From Octopus vulgaris (Eukaryota), in contig OX597825.1 of the NCBI GenBank assembly GCA_951406725.2, positions 33,914,001-33,978,000 on the forward strand: 64,000 nucleotides of DNA. The letters are read 5' to 3'. Each line of letters opens with the position of its first letter. Position 1 is the stretch's first letter. The translations under genes were made by a program, and so were the position numbers. Shown here one piece after another: positions 40,094 through 54,200 of this stretch. The notes beneath the pieces are model-generated. The model made no database searches. It worked only from the letters and a program-made list of their open reading frames with translations, and was not told the origin of the DNA.

Positions 40094-41172
40094 CTAGAGA
40101 ATTATTGGTAATTAGTGTCAGAAATTGGACAAAAATCTTAAATTCATTTGATGGAAAATTTATATTATTTGAAAGACTGTTAAGTTTCAAAGCTCATAGA
40201 TTTTCTGAATATTAGTTGTATCTTTCATGTCAATGGTTGTTATTAACTGTAGTATTATCCTATTCATCTAGCTATTTAAACAGAATTTTTATCTTTCATA
40301 TGTTACTTGTTTCAGTCTATAAACTGCAGCTGTGCTGGGCAATTCTTTGGAGAATTTTGGACAAAGGAATGAAGTTCAGTATTTAGTTTTTCATTTTAAG
40401 CCTATTACTTATTTTATAAGTTCTTTTTTCCCTGAATTAGTAAGGTATGGGGACATAAACAAACCAACATGTGTTATCAAGTGGTGGTGGGTACAAACAG
40501 TTACACATACATATGTATGCTATGCACAACCTCTCACACATATACACATGTCTACACATACACATACACATAAATACACATACACACACAGGCTCATATA
40601 ATTTTAAGCTCACACAAACATGCATTCACATGCACTTGCTCCCATTCACACATAGATATTCACATATATCATTCTTACATACACATAGGTGCTTGCAAAC
40701 CCCAGTTCAACCAGGTCACCGTTATTATCTCCCCTTTACTTAGCCTCTTTCTTCTAGGTCATTTCATCATGTTAAACCATTAATTCCAACATTTCTTTTC
40801 TCTCTAAGTTTTTCTGTCTTTCTCCATTGTTTTTCCACAAAACATCAAAGACTTATTCACTCTACCTGAGCATCAAATTAATACACCTACTTATTGTTCC
40901 CCCACATGTCTTTGTCTTTTGTTTTCTGTACATCTGAACTATATATATATATATATATATAATAATAAATATTAGGGAATAAATCCAAACTTACAGGGAA
41001 AAATCAGATTTAGGATTGAATCCAATTTTATAGTAAAATATTATATTATATTAAATTAGAGACAAAACCACTATTAGGCAAATCAAACAATGAAAAACTT
41101 AAGCCAATACATATGATTAATTTATATTATTTAAATATGTAACAAAATTATTAAAAAATATAATTGATATCA

Positions 41173-41233
41173 CACTACGATCGTTTCATGCCTGCTGTCT
41201 TCAAATTTTTGAGTCGCAGTCATTCATCAGGTG
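41173..41233 (-). ncRNA. Intact minimal type I hammerhead ribozyme
   Basis: cac-CTGATGA-atgactgc...gcaggcat-GAAA-cgatcg-TA-gtg. Confidence 0.8.
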
Positions 41234-42211
41234 GTTTAAATATCTAAAATATAATCAATACTTTTAAGATATTTAAGATATATATAATATATATAATATA
41301 ATAATAAATACAATGATAAACATATAATTTTCCATTCATAATCTTTAATAAACGTAGGTTCCTCACGCGTAAAGAATTCTTCAACAATTTATTCTTTTTT
41401 TTTGCTAATAACGTAATTCCATGAGTATTCTTATAAACGCTGTATAAGACGTTTTTTGATTCAAAATTCTAGTTCATTGTTTAAACCTCGCCAAGAAAAG
41501 TATGTATCTTTTTAAGATCTTCAAATTTTAAATTTTTAATATTGTATAAGCCTTTGGAGTAATAATATTCTCATTATGTAAATATTGTTGTTTATGTAAT
41601 GATCTAATTATCGTAATTTTCTATGTTATTAGATATTAAATAAATTAGATAAACTTTGATAAAATTAGATATGTTTCGACTAAAGATTGGTCTAGGCCAT
41701 GTCTAATTTAATAGCATAATTTATATTAGATAATTATTCCCATTCATAATTATGTTTATAGTACTTATAGTATTTATTTAATACTATATTACTAAGAATT
41801 GAATATTTCTATAAGTATTTTACATAAGATTTTGAAAGTCAGTTTAAGTTAGTTTATTTGTATTTTGAAATTAGCTATTTCATCTTTAAATATGAAAAAT
41901 TAAATTTATTAGGTTTTCATTATATACAATTATTTATAGAGATTATTTTAGATCTTGATTATAATATTTATATATATTTTCATTGATAATTTATATATAT
42001 TAGTCATTTTAAATATTTATGTAATTAGATATAGACTAATATTGATATTAGAACATGGGTTTTCTACCTTATAAATTAAAGTTAATATTTAACATTATAG
42101 TCGATTTCGATATAATTATATTTAATAATAGAGTTTATTATAAGTAAAATTATTATATTATATATATTATTTATATCTTAAAAATATTGATTATATTTTA
42201 GATATTTAAAC

Positions 42212-42272
42212 CACCTGATGAATGACTGCGACTCAAAAATTTGAAGACAGCAGGCATGAAACGATCGTAGTG
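42212..42272 (+). ncRNA. Intact minimal type I hammerhead ribozyme, identical mirror copy
   Basis: CTGATGA 42215-42221, GAAA 42258-42261, GUA triplet ending at 42269. Confidence 0.8.
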
Positions 42273-42440
42273 TGATATTAATTATATTTTTTAATAATTT
42301 TGTTACATATTTAAATAATATAAATTAATCATATGTATTGGCTTAAGTTTTTCATTGTTTGATTTGCCTAATAGTGGTTTTGTCTCTAATTTAATATAAT
42401 ATATATATATATATAAAGCCATGAACTTTTCAGTTCCCCC

Positions 42441-42480
<40 letters not shown>

Positions 42481-42653
42481 GTATATATATATATATATAT
42501 ACATATATACATACATATTAATAAAAGGGATTTCAACCTTGTCTGATTTTCACATTTTATTTACAATCTTATAATGATATAATATAAGATAATATAATAT
42601 AATAAAATAAAATAAAATAATATAATAATAGAATGTTAAATGTTCGTTCTGAT

Positions 42654-42698
42654 TGAACTAGTACTTTCATGCATTAAATTCTGCAATCTTCAGGTTCA
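42654..42698 (-). ncRNA. Intact minimal hammerhead ribozyme downstream of the Penelope GIY-YIG ORF
   Basis: tgaac-CTGAAGA-ttgca...tgcat-GAAA-gtac-TA-gttca; 5-bp stem I, palindromic stem III. Confidence 0.8.
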
Positions 42699-43116
42699 TG
42701 TAGTAGTGGTGACAGTCATGCTTCACAATTTGACTGTAGCGAGATGATTAAGTCTGTGCCTTAAATACAGCTGTGTAGGCTCCAGATTGCTAGGTTTTGC
42801 AAACTGTATTCTGACCAATCAGTGTGTAGTATCACTCAATTACTTAAGCTGATTGTTTGGTTGAGCTGATTGGTTTAGGCGTCACGCTTTGTTGAACATG
42901 TCAAGAGTCCTGTATCTTAACCCTGGCCGAGGCAGCAATTGTTGGGCTATTTTTAGAAATGTTGTAAATAGCCTTTGTCAGAGATTTTTATATTTTTATA
43001 TTTCAATTGTCATCATCATCATTGTCAGCACCTTAATTATTGTTGCTAATGGTGATGGTAGTGGCAATAGAACTTTTAACACTAAATAAGATAATTTTCC
43101 TGCTATCTAAGTATTA

Positions 43117-43730
43117 TTATTGCTTATTTAGTTTGGGTTCGAATTTATCAATAAAATTCTTTTCTCTGATTTTCCTCTCGATTTCACTTGGACTGTGTAA
43201 TTTGTAGAATGGAAATATTATATATATTTTCCGACTACATGTTGCTAGGTGGTTACTTAAAGGTATCTGACGGACCTCTGGGTCTCTAATCTGTTGTCGG
43301 TGTACACGTGAGCATTCTGATAGTGCATTTCCTGTCTGACCTACATATATTTCTTCACAATTTGGGCATTTGATGCAGTAAATTAAATTTCTGCTTTTGC
43401 AGTTCATATTCGCGTTTGTGAATATTTTCCCGGTTTTTGTGTTTATATATTGACCGGTATGTATGAATTGGCATGTGCCACAACGGCTATCATTGCATTT
43501 AGATACAGTGAATGTTTGGTCTTTGTTGCTAAGGTCAAATTTTGCCTTTGTTAGTAATTTTTTCAAGTTTTTAGGCTGTCTTTTACTAAGAACCATAGCT
43601 CGATCCGTGATTATGTCTTTTAATTCATTACTTTGAGCAATGATTGGTAGGTTTGCTTTGGCAATGTTGAAGATATTCTGGTGACATGGGTTGTGTGTCA
43701 CTATGAATGGTATGACTTGTTCTTGTTTTC
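43117..43730 (-). mobile_element. Penelope-like element 3' ORF: C-terminal domain plus GIY-YIG endonuclease, 5' truncated
   Basis: KRQPKNLKKLL...CNDSRCGTC...NCKSRNLIYCIKCPNCEEIYVGQTG...RVHRQQI...REKNFIDKFEPKLN. Confidence 0.92.
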
Positions 43731-43732
43731 CT

Positions 43733-43798
<66 letters not shown>

Positions 43799-44824
43799 CG
43801 CCTCTATATATCCAAGTTCTCGCCAGTCATTGCATTCCCCACCCCACTCCCTACTCAACAATACCCTGCCACATATATTATGACCCCCATACCTTGGGGA
43901 TATGTCCTGGCACTTGACATTTATCTCTCTCTTTCCTCCTTACTCTGCCATCCCATCTATACTCTGATCCCCGTTACTTGTGAGTATATCATGTTACTTT
44001 ACAACTATCTCTCTCCTGCTCTCATTCTTAATCACTCTCCCTCCTTCTCTTGCTCTTCCCTATGGCTAGGTAACCATGTATCTCCTCTACAGCAGCACGC
44101 CTTTATCTGTCCTCTTTCTTAACTCTCTCCCTCCCGCCCCCCTCTCTCTCTCTGGCTGGGTAACTATGTACGTCTTCTACAGCAAGGCATCTGTTTCTGT
44201 TTCTCTGTCTCTCTGTCACACACTAACCTTTCATCATCTAACACAAGCTCACCTCCTCCAATGCCCCCTTCCCTCACAAAGATTTCTTGTCTTGCAAGTT
44301 ACTTGGTGACCCTGCCAGTGCTAGTGCCACTTAAAAAGCATCCAGTCCACACTGTAAAGTGGTCAGCATTTGGAAGAGCATCCAGTTGTAAAAGCCATGC
44401 CAGGGACTGACCTTACCTGTGCTGGTGCCACATAAGAAGCACTGAGCTTACTCTGTGAAGTGGTTAGTGTTAGGAAGAGCATCCAGCCAAAAATCTATGC
44501 CAAAATAGACACAAACATATGGTGGAGTCTCTTGCCTGGTGAGCTTCTATCAAATTGTCCAATCCATGCTAAGATGGAAGGCAAATATTAAACGACAATG
44601 ATGATGATGAAGATATATATAAATATAAACATACACAATCAAACACACACACTGACAAATGCACACGCACAAAAACACACATACACACACAATCATGATA
44701 ATGCAGCTGAAATATTATATTGTAACATTATATAAAACTGAAATGAATCAATGCCTATGCTTTGATGAGATGAAAATTATTATTTTAAGAATTCATGAAC
44801 GAAGTTATAAGTTAGAATACTTAC

Positions 44825-44870
44825 TGTAAACTATTTGCAGGAGAAAAAGTAAAATGAAAATGCGATTCAT
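44825..44870 (-). CDS. PLAT receptor coding exon 1: start codon and signal peptide
   Basis: tttatttactttcag|attATG...TACA|gtaagt; MNRIFILLFLLQIVY(S); phase 1 joins exon 2. Confidence 0.85.
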
Positions 44871-45119
44871 AATCTGAAAGTAAATAAAATATTTGAATGA
44901 CTTTTTGAAACTAGAGAAAATATATCACACTTTATTGAAAGTCAGAACAATTACTCAGAATTTCCCATTACAAATATTATCTCAAGAAGAATTTAAACTC
45001 TTTGAAAATGGGTTAAAATTTACACCCACTCCAAAAACGCTACAAAGATGAAAGACAGAAGAATTTTTCCAAAAACTGCAATCAAGAGTATTCTTCCTAA
45101 GTACTGGATATGCAGATGA

Positions 45120-47925
45120 ATCAAACTGGCATCAGAATGGGAGAATTCCCAAATCTGTGAGCCAGGGAGTAGTAACACTGATCAGGAAGGACCCGAGCAA
45201 GGGAATAACATTAATAATTTCAGGCCCATAACTCTGCTAAAAACATAGTTAAAGATTTTGGCTAAGGTGCTAGCTAAGAGAGTGAGGCTTGTCATGGTTG
45301 GCTTGGTGGGAGAGGCACAGTCATGTGCCATCCCAGGAAGGACGATACACGACAACCTTCACCTTATCTGCTACACCATAGAGCGGGTTAGTAAATTTCC
45401 TGGCAAGGGTGGAGCACTGATGAATTTGGACCAGTCTAAGGCCTGCGATAGGTTTGACCATCGGTATCTGGTGGCGGATCTCAGGGCGGTCGGACTGGGT
45501 CCGACTTTCTGTGGATGGATCCAAGCTATGTATAGCGACATCGAATGTTGTTCAGGTCAATGGTTTCTTCTTGAAACCATTTGCAATCCTGCGTTCAGTT
45601 CACCAGGGTTGCTCCTGTCCCCACTTCTGTATATATTGGCTCTTGAACCACTGCTGTGGAGGATTGGGGTATCCGCATGATCTGTAAAGTGTGGACTGTA
45701 AAGTGGGAGAGGAACGGCGGTATATGCGGATGATGTCACCATCACGTGTCTGATGAAGGGCAGCTACCTCATGTAGAAGACGCCATCAAAAGATACAAAG
45801 CAGTGACAGGGACAAAAGATAATCAGGAAAAAAAATCAGTCGGCTTGCAACTGGGCACCTGGAGGGGCAAGTCGATACCCCCCAATAGCGTCATGGGACG
45901 TTGTACAGGAGGGCCCGGTTAAATTGCTCAGAGTCTGGTTTGGGCCAGTGCGAGGAATTGAGGGAGCTGATAGCCTCGTTCCTGGCAGAACCATACGTGA
46001 CAATCTCCACCTTTTACGCTACACCTTAGAGAGGGTTAATGGATCTCCTGGCAAGGGTGGGGCGCTGGTCCATTTAGACCAGTCCAAAGCTTTTGACAGG
46101 GTTGACCATCGGTATCTGGTATCGGTCCTCACAGCATTTGGGCTCGACCCCCGTCTTCCATGGGTGCATCATTGCTTTATACAGCAACATCGACTTGATT
46201 GTTTGGGTTAACAGGTTCTTCTCAAGAGTGTCCTCTCTCCCTGCTTTTGTATGTGTTGGCTCTAGAACCCTTACTGCGGAAGTTGGCGGGCTTGAGGGGC
46301 ATCCCACACGATCTAGGTTGCAGTAGGAAAGTTTCTGCGTACGCAGATGACCTCGCCATCATCGTGTCCGAGATGGTACACCTACAGAGGGTAGGCAAAG
46401 CCATTAAGGACTATGAGGCGGTGGCAGGAGTAAAAGTTAACCAGGATAAGACAGTCGACTTGCAACTCGGCAACTGGAGAAGCATGATGATACCTCCCAA
46501 AAATGTTGTTCGGCATTGGACAGGGGGCCAGTTAAAGTGCTAGGGAGTTGGTTTCATCCAGACCTCCAGACAGAGAAGAATTGGAGCGAGGTGATGAGCA
46601 GCATGACTCACCTAACTCAGACCTGGTCTGAGCAGCGGCTATCCCTGAAAGGAAGGGCGGAGGTCACAGGAGTGTTAATCGCTTCTGTGATTACCTACCA
46701 CCTAACCGTTGTGCCTTGTCCCCGTTCGTGGCTGATCAAGTTGGAGCAGCTGCTCTTCCACTTTTTGTGTAGGGTAGAAGTACTCTTGTAAAGTTCTCTA
46801 TCTGTTGCCAGTACCCGCTAAAGGGTGGGCTAGGGATACCTTGGCTGTTGGTGCACAGACATGCGCGTAGGCTAAGGCATCTGTGGCCTTACCTGGATGG
46901 TGAACAGGTGTGGTCTCCGTTCGTTCGGTCGTTACTTCCTGAGCTTACTAGTTTGAGTGAACTAGGTCCTTGGATCCAGTGTAGACCAAAGCTGGATGCT
47001 TGGCAAGTGGAGTGTCGTGAGGCATTCAAGCTTCTGTCACATGGGCAATGCCAGTGGAAGGGGTTCTACCTCGTTTTTTCTCTAGAGAGTTGGTAGAGGC
47101 TCAGTGTGACGATGTCCTGGGGGAGACTCTAGGCTTCGATGAGGATGAACTAGCAAGTATGTTCCGAAGGACTTTCGGACCTTGAATAACTTCAAGAGAT
47201 CCTTGGCCTGGTAGTGTTACCAGTGAGCATTAGCAATTCGTGATAAACTCGCAAGGCATGGTGCCCCTTGCGCACCCACGTGCCCAAGATGCGAGATGTG
47301 AGCAGGACAGGGAAAACCATTCTGTACACAATTGTGCAATGCCGTAAATCTCTGAGATGTAGGCTTACGTTGAATATCTGGTGTCACGGCTAGGAAGAGC
47401 ACAACTGTCTCCCGAGTCAATTCTAAAGATTGTTCCCACTGCCTCTTTTAACAAAGAAGACAAGGCTTGTTTTCTTGCTGTGGTCACTATAGCGAAAGAA
47501 GCGGTATGGAAGACCTGTGTGAAAGGAATCATGACAGGTATATTCATCTCCAGTCTTGGACTGGTCCATTACCTCATCCACCACCTTAAGAGGAAAAGAA
47601 GGGTGTAGAGAAAATGCCTGTCACCTGATATATATGGAAAACATGGAATGCGGTGGCGTGTTTGTTGCGAATGAATGAACCCACATAGTGTATCTTTAAG
47701 GTTACACTAAAAGTTACCGTGGTGGCATGGGGCTAGCGGAGTCAAAGCAAAAACCGTCCCCCACTTCAGTGTTTGTGTATTTGTTATGCTTGTCATTTGT
47801 TTATCATTCGATCTCAAAAACTTTTCACCTCTCTGTAAAAACCATACTAACATCAACCCCTCCCTCATTCATACCGTCCTCTACGTTTGGCCTCCTGTGT
47901 GCAATTAAAGGAATCGTTGTTACAG
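45120..47925 (+). mobile_element. L1/Tx1-clade LINE ORF2 remnant with an internally repeated RT segment
   Basis: NFRPITLL, PGRTIHDNL, LDQSKAFDRVDH, PLSLLLYVLALEPL, AYADD and LSLKGRA; the RT block occurs twice (~45310-45940 and ~45975-46560). Confidence 0.9.
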
Positions 47926-47934
47926 TCATCTAAA

Positions 47935-48690
47935 ATGGAACTGTCAAAGCACGATGTTCGAGCAATTTTGCTATTCAACTTCAAATAAGGACGTAAAGCA
48001 GCTGAAACTAATCGTGATATCAATGAAACGTTTGGTATGGAAATGACCAATGAGTAGTCAGCTCAAAAATGGTTTAAACGATTTGCAGTGGAGAGCTGAG
48101 TCTTGAAGATCGTGAGCTTAGTGGACAGCCGTCTGTCATTCATGGCAGTCAATTAAAGATCGTCACCAAGAAAGATCCCCGTAAATCCACTTGAGAAGTG
48201 ACAAAAGAACTTCAAGTTAGCCAGAAAACTGCCTGCAACCATTTGCATGTGATTGGAAAATCAAAAAAGTCCGACAAATGGGTACCACACGATTTGAATG
48301 GAAATCAGAAAATGCGCAGATATGAAATTTACTCATCACTTCTTCTCCATAACCAGAAGGATCTATTTCTCGATCGTATTGTAACTTGCGATGAAAAATG
48401 GATTCTGCAAAATAATAAAAAAAAAAAAGTTCTTTGCAGTGGTTGGACCAAAATGAAGCACCAAAAACCTTCCCTAAACCCGAGTTCTTAAAAAAGAAGG
48501 TTATGGTGACTGTTTAGTGGTGTACTACTGGACTCATCCACTGTAACTTCTTAAAACCCAGAAAAACCATTACTGCAGAAATATATTACCATGAAATTGC
48601 CAAAATGAAAAGAAAAACTGCTACTCCTCTGTCCCAGACTGGTCAACAGAAGAGGGTCAATCAGTCTTCATGACAATGTTCGACAACATC
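47935..48690 (+). mobile_element. Mariner transposase fossil
   Basis: MELSKHDVRAILLFNFK*GRKAAE...KWVPHDL...RIVTCDEKW...LHDN. Confidence 0.9.
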
Positions 48691-48859
48691 ATTGATATAC
48701 TGAACTCTCGTAAATCCTACTGTTTTATCTTTTGCTTAGATACAACATCGAGTTTTCCTTTTTCTGTATCAATGTTTTAGAATACTTTTATCTTTTTTTA
48801 TATCATTAATGACAGGGGGAAATTTCCCAGCCATGCCTCCTGCAAAACATCTAATTTGA

Positions 48860-49150
48860 CATTAGCTTTTGTTGACATGGAAAGAGCATTTTACAGCCCT
48901 GCCCCCCAATCCCTTATTTGGTGGTCAGTGCGGAAACTAGGGATAGATGAGTGGTTGGTGAGAGGTGTACAAGCCATGTAAAGGAGTGCTGTCAGTGAGG
49001 TGAGAGTTGGCAACGAGTAAAGCGATGAATTCAGAGTACAAGTAGGGTTTCACCAAGGATCAGTCCTCGGCCCCATCTTGTTCATCATAGTTCTCCAGGC
49101 AATAACAGAGGAATTCAAGACAGGCTATTCCTGGGAGCTCCTCTATGCTG
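48860..49150 (+). mobile_element. RTE LINE RT fragment
   Basis: FVDMERAF...VGFHQGSVLGPILFIIVLQ...WELLYA. Confidence 0.75.
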
Positions 49151-50380
49151 AGACTAGAGACTAGAATTATAACGCAAACCACTTTGCAGTGTGTACTGGG
49201 TGATTTTCTCACGCCACCAGCACTAGTGAGGGCCCATGCAGCCTGCAAGCCTACGAAACCCAAGGGGCAGGCCTTTATACTAGAAGATGAGGGTCAAGGT
49301 ATAAAAGAAGGGTTTGAGATAGAGCAGGTTCTTGTTGTAGAGGAACTACATTGCTACTCACACTTAGAAGAAAGTTACAAATTAAATCAGTAGTAGCTGA
49401 TCAAACATAAAATTATGAATAGTGGCAATGTTTTTGATAGTTTTAGAATTCTTTGTTCCCTTTCAGAAAACTTGAAAATTTGAATCTTTCTATTGCTGTA
49501 TCAACAAATATAGATCTTTTTATGTTTTTAAAAAGGACACTTTTTCAGATGACCAATTTCTCTGAAATGTATGGAAATGAATAGTTTCAAAGAAGCAAGT
49601 ATAATTATTGAGTATTGTAGTTATTCAATAATTGTCCCATCCGTTTTGAAGGGGCTTGTATAATTATTTAATACTGTAATATGATTATTGAATCATTGAA
49701 ATATTCTTTTTTATGAGAAATACAATAAAATACTTTCATGTGGCTAAAGTTATAATGTTCTTTACTGTGTCCTTAATTTTAATAAGTATGAATCATATCG
49801 CAGTTAAGTTGAGTTTTGTCCATTGTTTGTTTTCATAAACATGGCATTTGTTTTACGTGAATGTAACTACAGTTTTATTATTATCAATGAATTCTATTGT
49901 GTATTATACTTTTTATATTCAAGTTCAAGTGCAGCTTGCAATTGTTAGAATAATAATCTACTATGTATGTGGGAATGACATATTTGTTCACGTCTACAAA
50001 ATACAAACTCTTATATACTTGTGCGCATAGTCACTAGTGAGTGATGTTCTAAGTTGCAACAGGGAAGCTTTAGCTTCAGCTCAAGGAGACTTCTATCTAT
50101 TTGTTCCACCTGCTATAAATAACAGCCAAAATCCCTTCAAATGACACACGATCCATCTTGAAAGAATGGAAGGCTATATTTGCTGCTTTTGACAATGTAC
50201 TCATATTTACGCTTCATTGATCATTATTCTAATTCATTGTGGTTGATTTAACCCTTTAGCATTCTTATCACTAACCTCACTTGTGCTAGTTCCATGTAAA
50301 AAGCCCTGAATCCATTCTGCAGAGTGGCTGATGCTAGCATTCTTATCAAGATTCCATGCAGTGGGACCATTTCCAATTTT

Positions 50381-50445
<65 letters not shown>

Positions 50446-50620
50446 CTCTCTGCGTATATTCTGCTGATGAGGCAAAGCATTCCTAAATGCAAAGCCAGAA
50501 ATTCGGGATCTGGAATTATCCAGCAATTTTACTAGTTTTATTCTGTCTTTTTGTCATGGCTACTATTTTCAGTATGGCGCTATCTTGTAGATACCCTAAG
50601 TTATAAATTTTAATACAAAG

Positions 50621-50693
<73 letters not shown>

Positions 50694-50707
50694 AAGTTAT
50701 AATTTTA

Positions 50708-50776
<69 letters not shown>

Positions 50777-50885
50777 TTCAAAGCACGGTAAGTCCTTATT
50801 CATGCAGAAGTTACTTCGGTTAATTTTGTTTTACTTCAATATCCTCCTTTTTCTCATTCAGCATGACTTAGGTCAAGTTTCTTAC

Positions 50886-50980
50886 CATTGTAAAGCCTTT
50901 AAAAAGGTTCAACTAAAAGTTGCTAGGTACTTTATGTAGAACGAACGTCTTAATTCTGACAGCGCTACTAGCTTGTCTTT
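50886..50980 (-). other. Candidate upstream first exon of the PLAT receptor gene (5' boundary uncertain)
   Basis: Consensus donor caATG|gtaag; splicing to 44873 gives in-frame ATG-ATT-ATG (MIMNRIF...). Confidence 0.3.
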
Positions 50981-51236
50981 TCATTGCCTTATTAGGTCCC
51001 TACTTACTCTTTACCCTTTTAATTGTTTCAGTAATTTGACTGTGACCATGCTGGAGCACCGCCTTTAGTTGAGCAAATCGACCCCTGGACTTATTCTTTG
51101 TAAGCCTAGTACTTATTCTATCGGTCTCTATTGCCGAACCGCTAGATTACAGGGACGTAAACACACCAGCATCGGTTGTCAAACGATGTTGGGGGGACAA
51201 ACACAGACACACAAATACACACACACACACACACAC

Positions 51237-51282
<46 letters not shown>

Positions 51283-51786
51283 GATGGGCTTCTTTCAGTT
51301 TCCGTCTTCCAAATCCACTCACAAGGCTTTGGTCAGCCTGAGGCTATATTAGAAGACACTTGCCCAAGGGACTGAACCCAGAACCATTTGTTCGTAAGCA
51401 AGCTACTCACCACACAGCCACTCCAACACCATATTATTACAAAGTTAAAAAGTAAAATTGATAATGAACTTACGATGTTGAAAATATAGGCATTCGTAAA
51501 TGTGTGATGGTGAAAACAAATCGCAACCTCTTCATAAACACTCTTGCAGACTATGCCATTAATGAACTGGAGTTACAGCCACTGTAAGAGCCCAGAATAT
51601 ACCCCTGCGTAGACTATATCCGGGGCTAGTCTGTGCTAGCCCAGACTATATCCCCCTCCAGGCAGCCAGCCCAAAATATACCCCTGACAGACTATACCCC
51701 ATGCTTGCGGACACATAACACAGGTGTACCTCACTTATAAAAGTTGCCTCAGAATATATATAAAGTTCGATATCAATTGATGAAGA

Positions 51787-52062
51787 ATTAAAAGTTACAT
51801 GTACATTTCGATTTAAACATAGCAAATTAGAATTATCAAATGAAATATTCAATGTATCACTATAAACCCAATGTATAGGTATATTGGAAAAACATTGATG
51901 ACTCGCGCAGGCTGCGCAGCACACCTGTTCTGTGAATCATAACTTAGACTTGTACAAATGTGGCCATTCATGTTGGGTTTATATTGATAAATTTTAAAGT
52001 ATTTTGCATTTGATAATTCTAAATTGCTATGTTTAAATCGAAATTCACATGTAACTTTTAAT
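51787..52062. repeat. Inverted repeat (~60-bp arms) around a GC-rich core
   Basis: attaaaagttacatgt...aattatcaaatg vs catttgataatt...acatgtaacttttaat. Confidence 0.75.
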
Positions 52063-53069
52063 TTGTAGCAAGAGAAAACGCTGATCAGAAAACAGCATTC
52101 ATTCAACTATTGGATTTCTACCTCGCTTCACTACCATTTCAATGCACATTGGATAATTTAGATTTGCAGCCAAGTACCGGAGCTAACTACAGTAAATTTT
52201 GGGAAGTACACCTGCACGATTTTCACTAACAAAAAAATAAATAATTGAATAAATAAACTCGGATTTTTGGGGTGGAATGAGGTAACCTGACATCCTAATG
52301 TACTGAAAACACCGCATTTTTGTTCAGAAAAAAGGGGCGGGGCAAAACCAGACACCCTCCATCTCGGAATCAATGGAAATTTTTTTTTTTCATTGAATGA
52401 ATTACAGTGACCTCCTAATATGCCACAAAATATATAGAGAATGTGAATTGATATGTTAGCATTTATATTGTGTGTATTCTATGTTGAAAATACTTTTTCT
52501 GAAGTTGTAGTGTACAAAATGTGTGTGTTTCTAAGCGTATATAGATATATATATATATATATTCTTTTATTCTTTTACCTGTTTCAGTCATTTGACTGCA
52601 GCCATGCTGGAGCACCGCCTTTAGTCGAGCAAATCGACCCCAGGACTTATTCTTTGTAAGCCCAGTACTTATTCTACCGGTCTCTTTTGTCGCTAAGTGA
52701 CGGGGACGTAAACACACCAGCATCGGTTGTCATGCAATGCTAGGGGGACAAATACAGACACACAAACACACACACACATACATATATATACGACAGGCTT
52801 CTTTCAGTTTCCATCTACCAAATCCACTCACAAGGCATTGGTCGGCCCGGGGCTATAGCAGAAGACACTTGCCCAAGATGCCATGCAGTGGGACTGAACC
52901 CGGAACCATGTAGTTGGTTAGCATGCTACTTACCACACAGCCACTCCTGCGCCTATGTAGTGTACAAAATGTGTGTTTCTAAGCATATACATATATATAC
53001 ACAGAAAGAGAAAAGATGAAAAAACAAAGATTTGTTTTACAAGATTTAAGAGTATATTAGAGCCATGAT

Positions 53070-53260
53070 AATAAAGATATAATACAATTTTGTACAAAAT
53101 AAGGTTTTGTTCTTTCAAAATAATTGAAGTAAAGACCAGTTTCGCATTGCTCATCAAACAGAAAGTTGAAAAGATCTTTTTCAATGCGAAACCGGTCCTT
53201 ACATCAATTATTTTGAAAGAGCAAAGCCTTAGTTTGTACAAAATTGTATTAAATCTTTAT
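53070..53260. repeat. Hairpin with a degenerate hammerhead (Penelope-type)
   Basis: Inverted arms; minus strand TTGATGA-gcaatgc-GAAA-ctgg-TC. Confidence 0.6.
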
Positions 53261-53369
53261 CTCTGTTTTTTCATCTTTTCTCCTTCTATATTTCTATATA
53301 TAGCCATCACGCGTGATCCCACTAAAATATTTTCTACCTTATATATATATATACAAATACACACACACA

Positions 53370-53456
<87 letters not shown>

Positions 53457-53629
53457 GTACACATATATACATATGCACATACATATGTGTATAAAAGGTT
53501 GAATGTAGATTCGTCCTTTAATTAGAGTGGTTTCCCTAAAGATTTCTAACATTGATTTTTCATACTTTCCTGAGAGCTTACAGGTGTAAATTGGTGAAGA
53601 TATGAAAAGTAGTATGATTAATTAAGTGT

Positions 53630-54200
53630 ATGATTAATTTATGGAATGAAGTTCTACAAATCCAATTGTATTTGTTAAAAATGTAGGAGATAAGATGTTA
53701 AAAATTTATAAGAAATTTATTCATGCATACAGTCGTTTCGTGCATAGATATAAATTCATTTTAGAACTTGCAAATATCAAAGTACTCAACAGCGTAGATA
53801 TAAAATAATAGGAACTTTAAAAAAAAGCAGAGAAATTGAATCTATGAGTTTCATGTTTATCTGTTCCTATCTATGTGTGATAGTGATGGAAGTCATGTGA
53901 ATTATTAAACTAATTATTAATAATTCACATGACTTCCATCACTATCACACATAGATAGGAACAGATAAACATGAAACTCATAGATTCAATTTCTCTGCTT
54001 TTTTTTAAAGTTCCTATTATTTTATATCTACGCTGTTGAGTACTTTGACATTTGCAAATTCTCAAATTAATTTATATCTAAGTATGAAACGATTGTATGC
54101 ATGAATAAACTTCTCAACTTTTTAACATCTTATTTTTTTCATTTTTGACAAACATTATAGGATTTGTAGAACTTCATGCCATGAATTAATACACTTAACT
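53630..54200. repeat. Near-perfect palindrome centred at about 53917
   Basis: About 53775-53910 is the exact reverse complement of about 53915-54048. Confidence 0.9.

Larger units (their letters stand above)
41043..42402. repeat. Penelope-type inverted terminal repeat pair (arms ~41043-41310 and ~42140-42402)
   Basis: Arms are near-identical reverse complements and each carries a hammerhead. A related terminus lies at about 35020-35170. Confidence 0.85.

Noticed and set aside
50459-50515. Hammerhead core CTGATGA-ggc...gcc-aGAAA
   Set aside because: Extra base before GAAA and weak stems I and III; probably an inactive relic.
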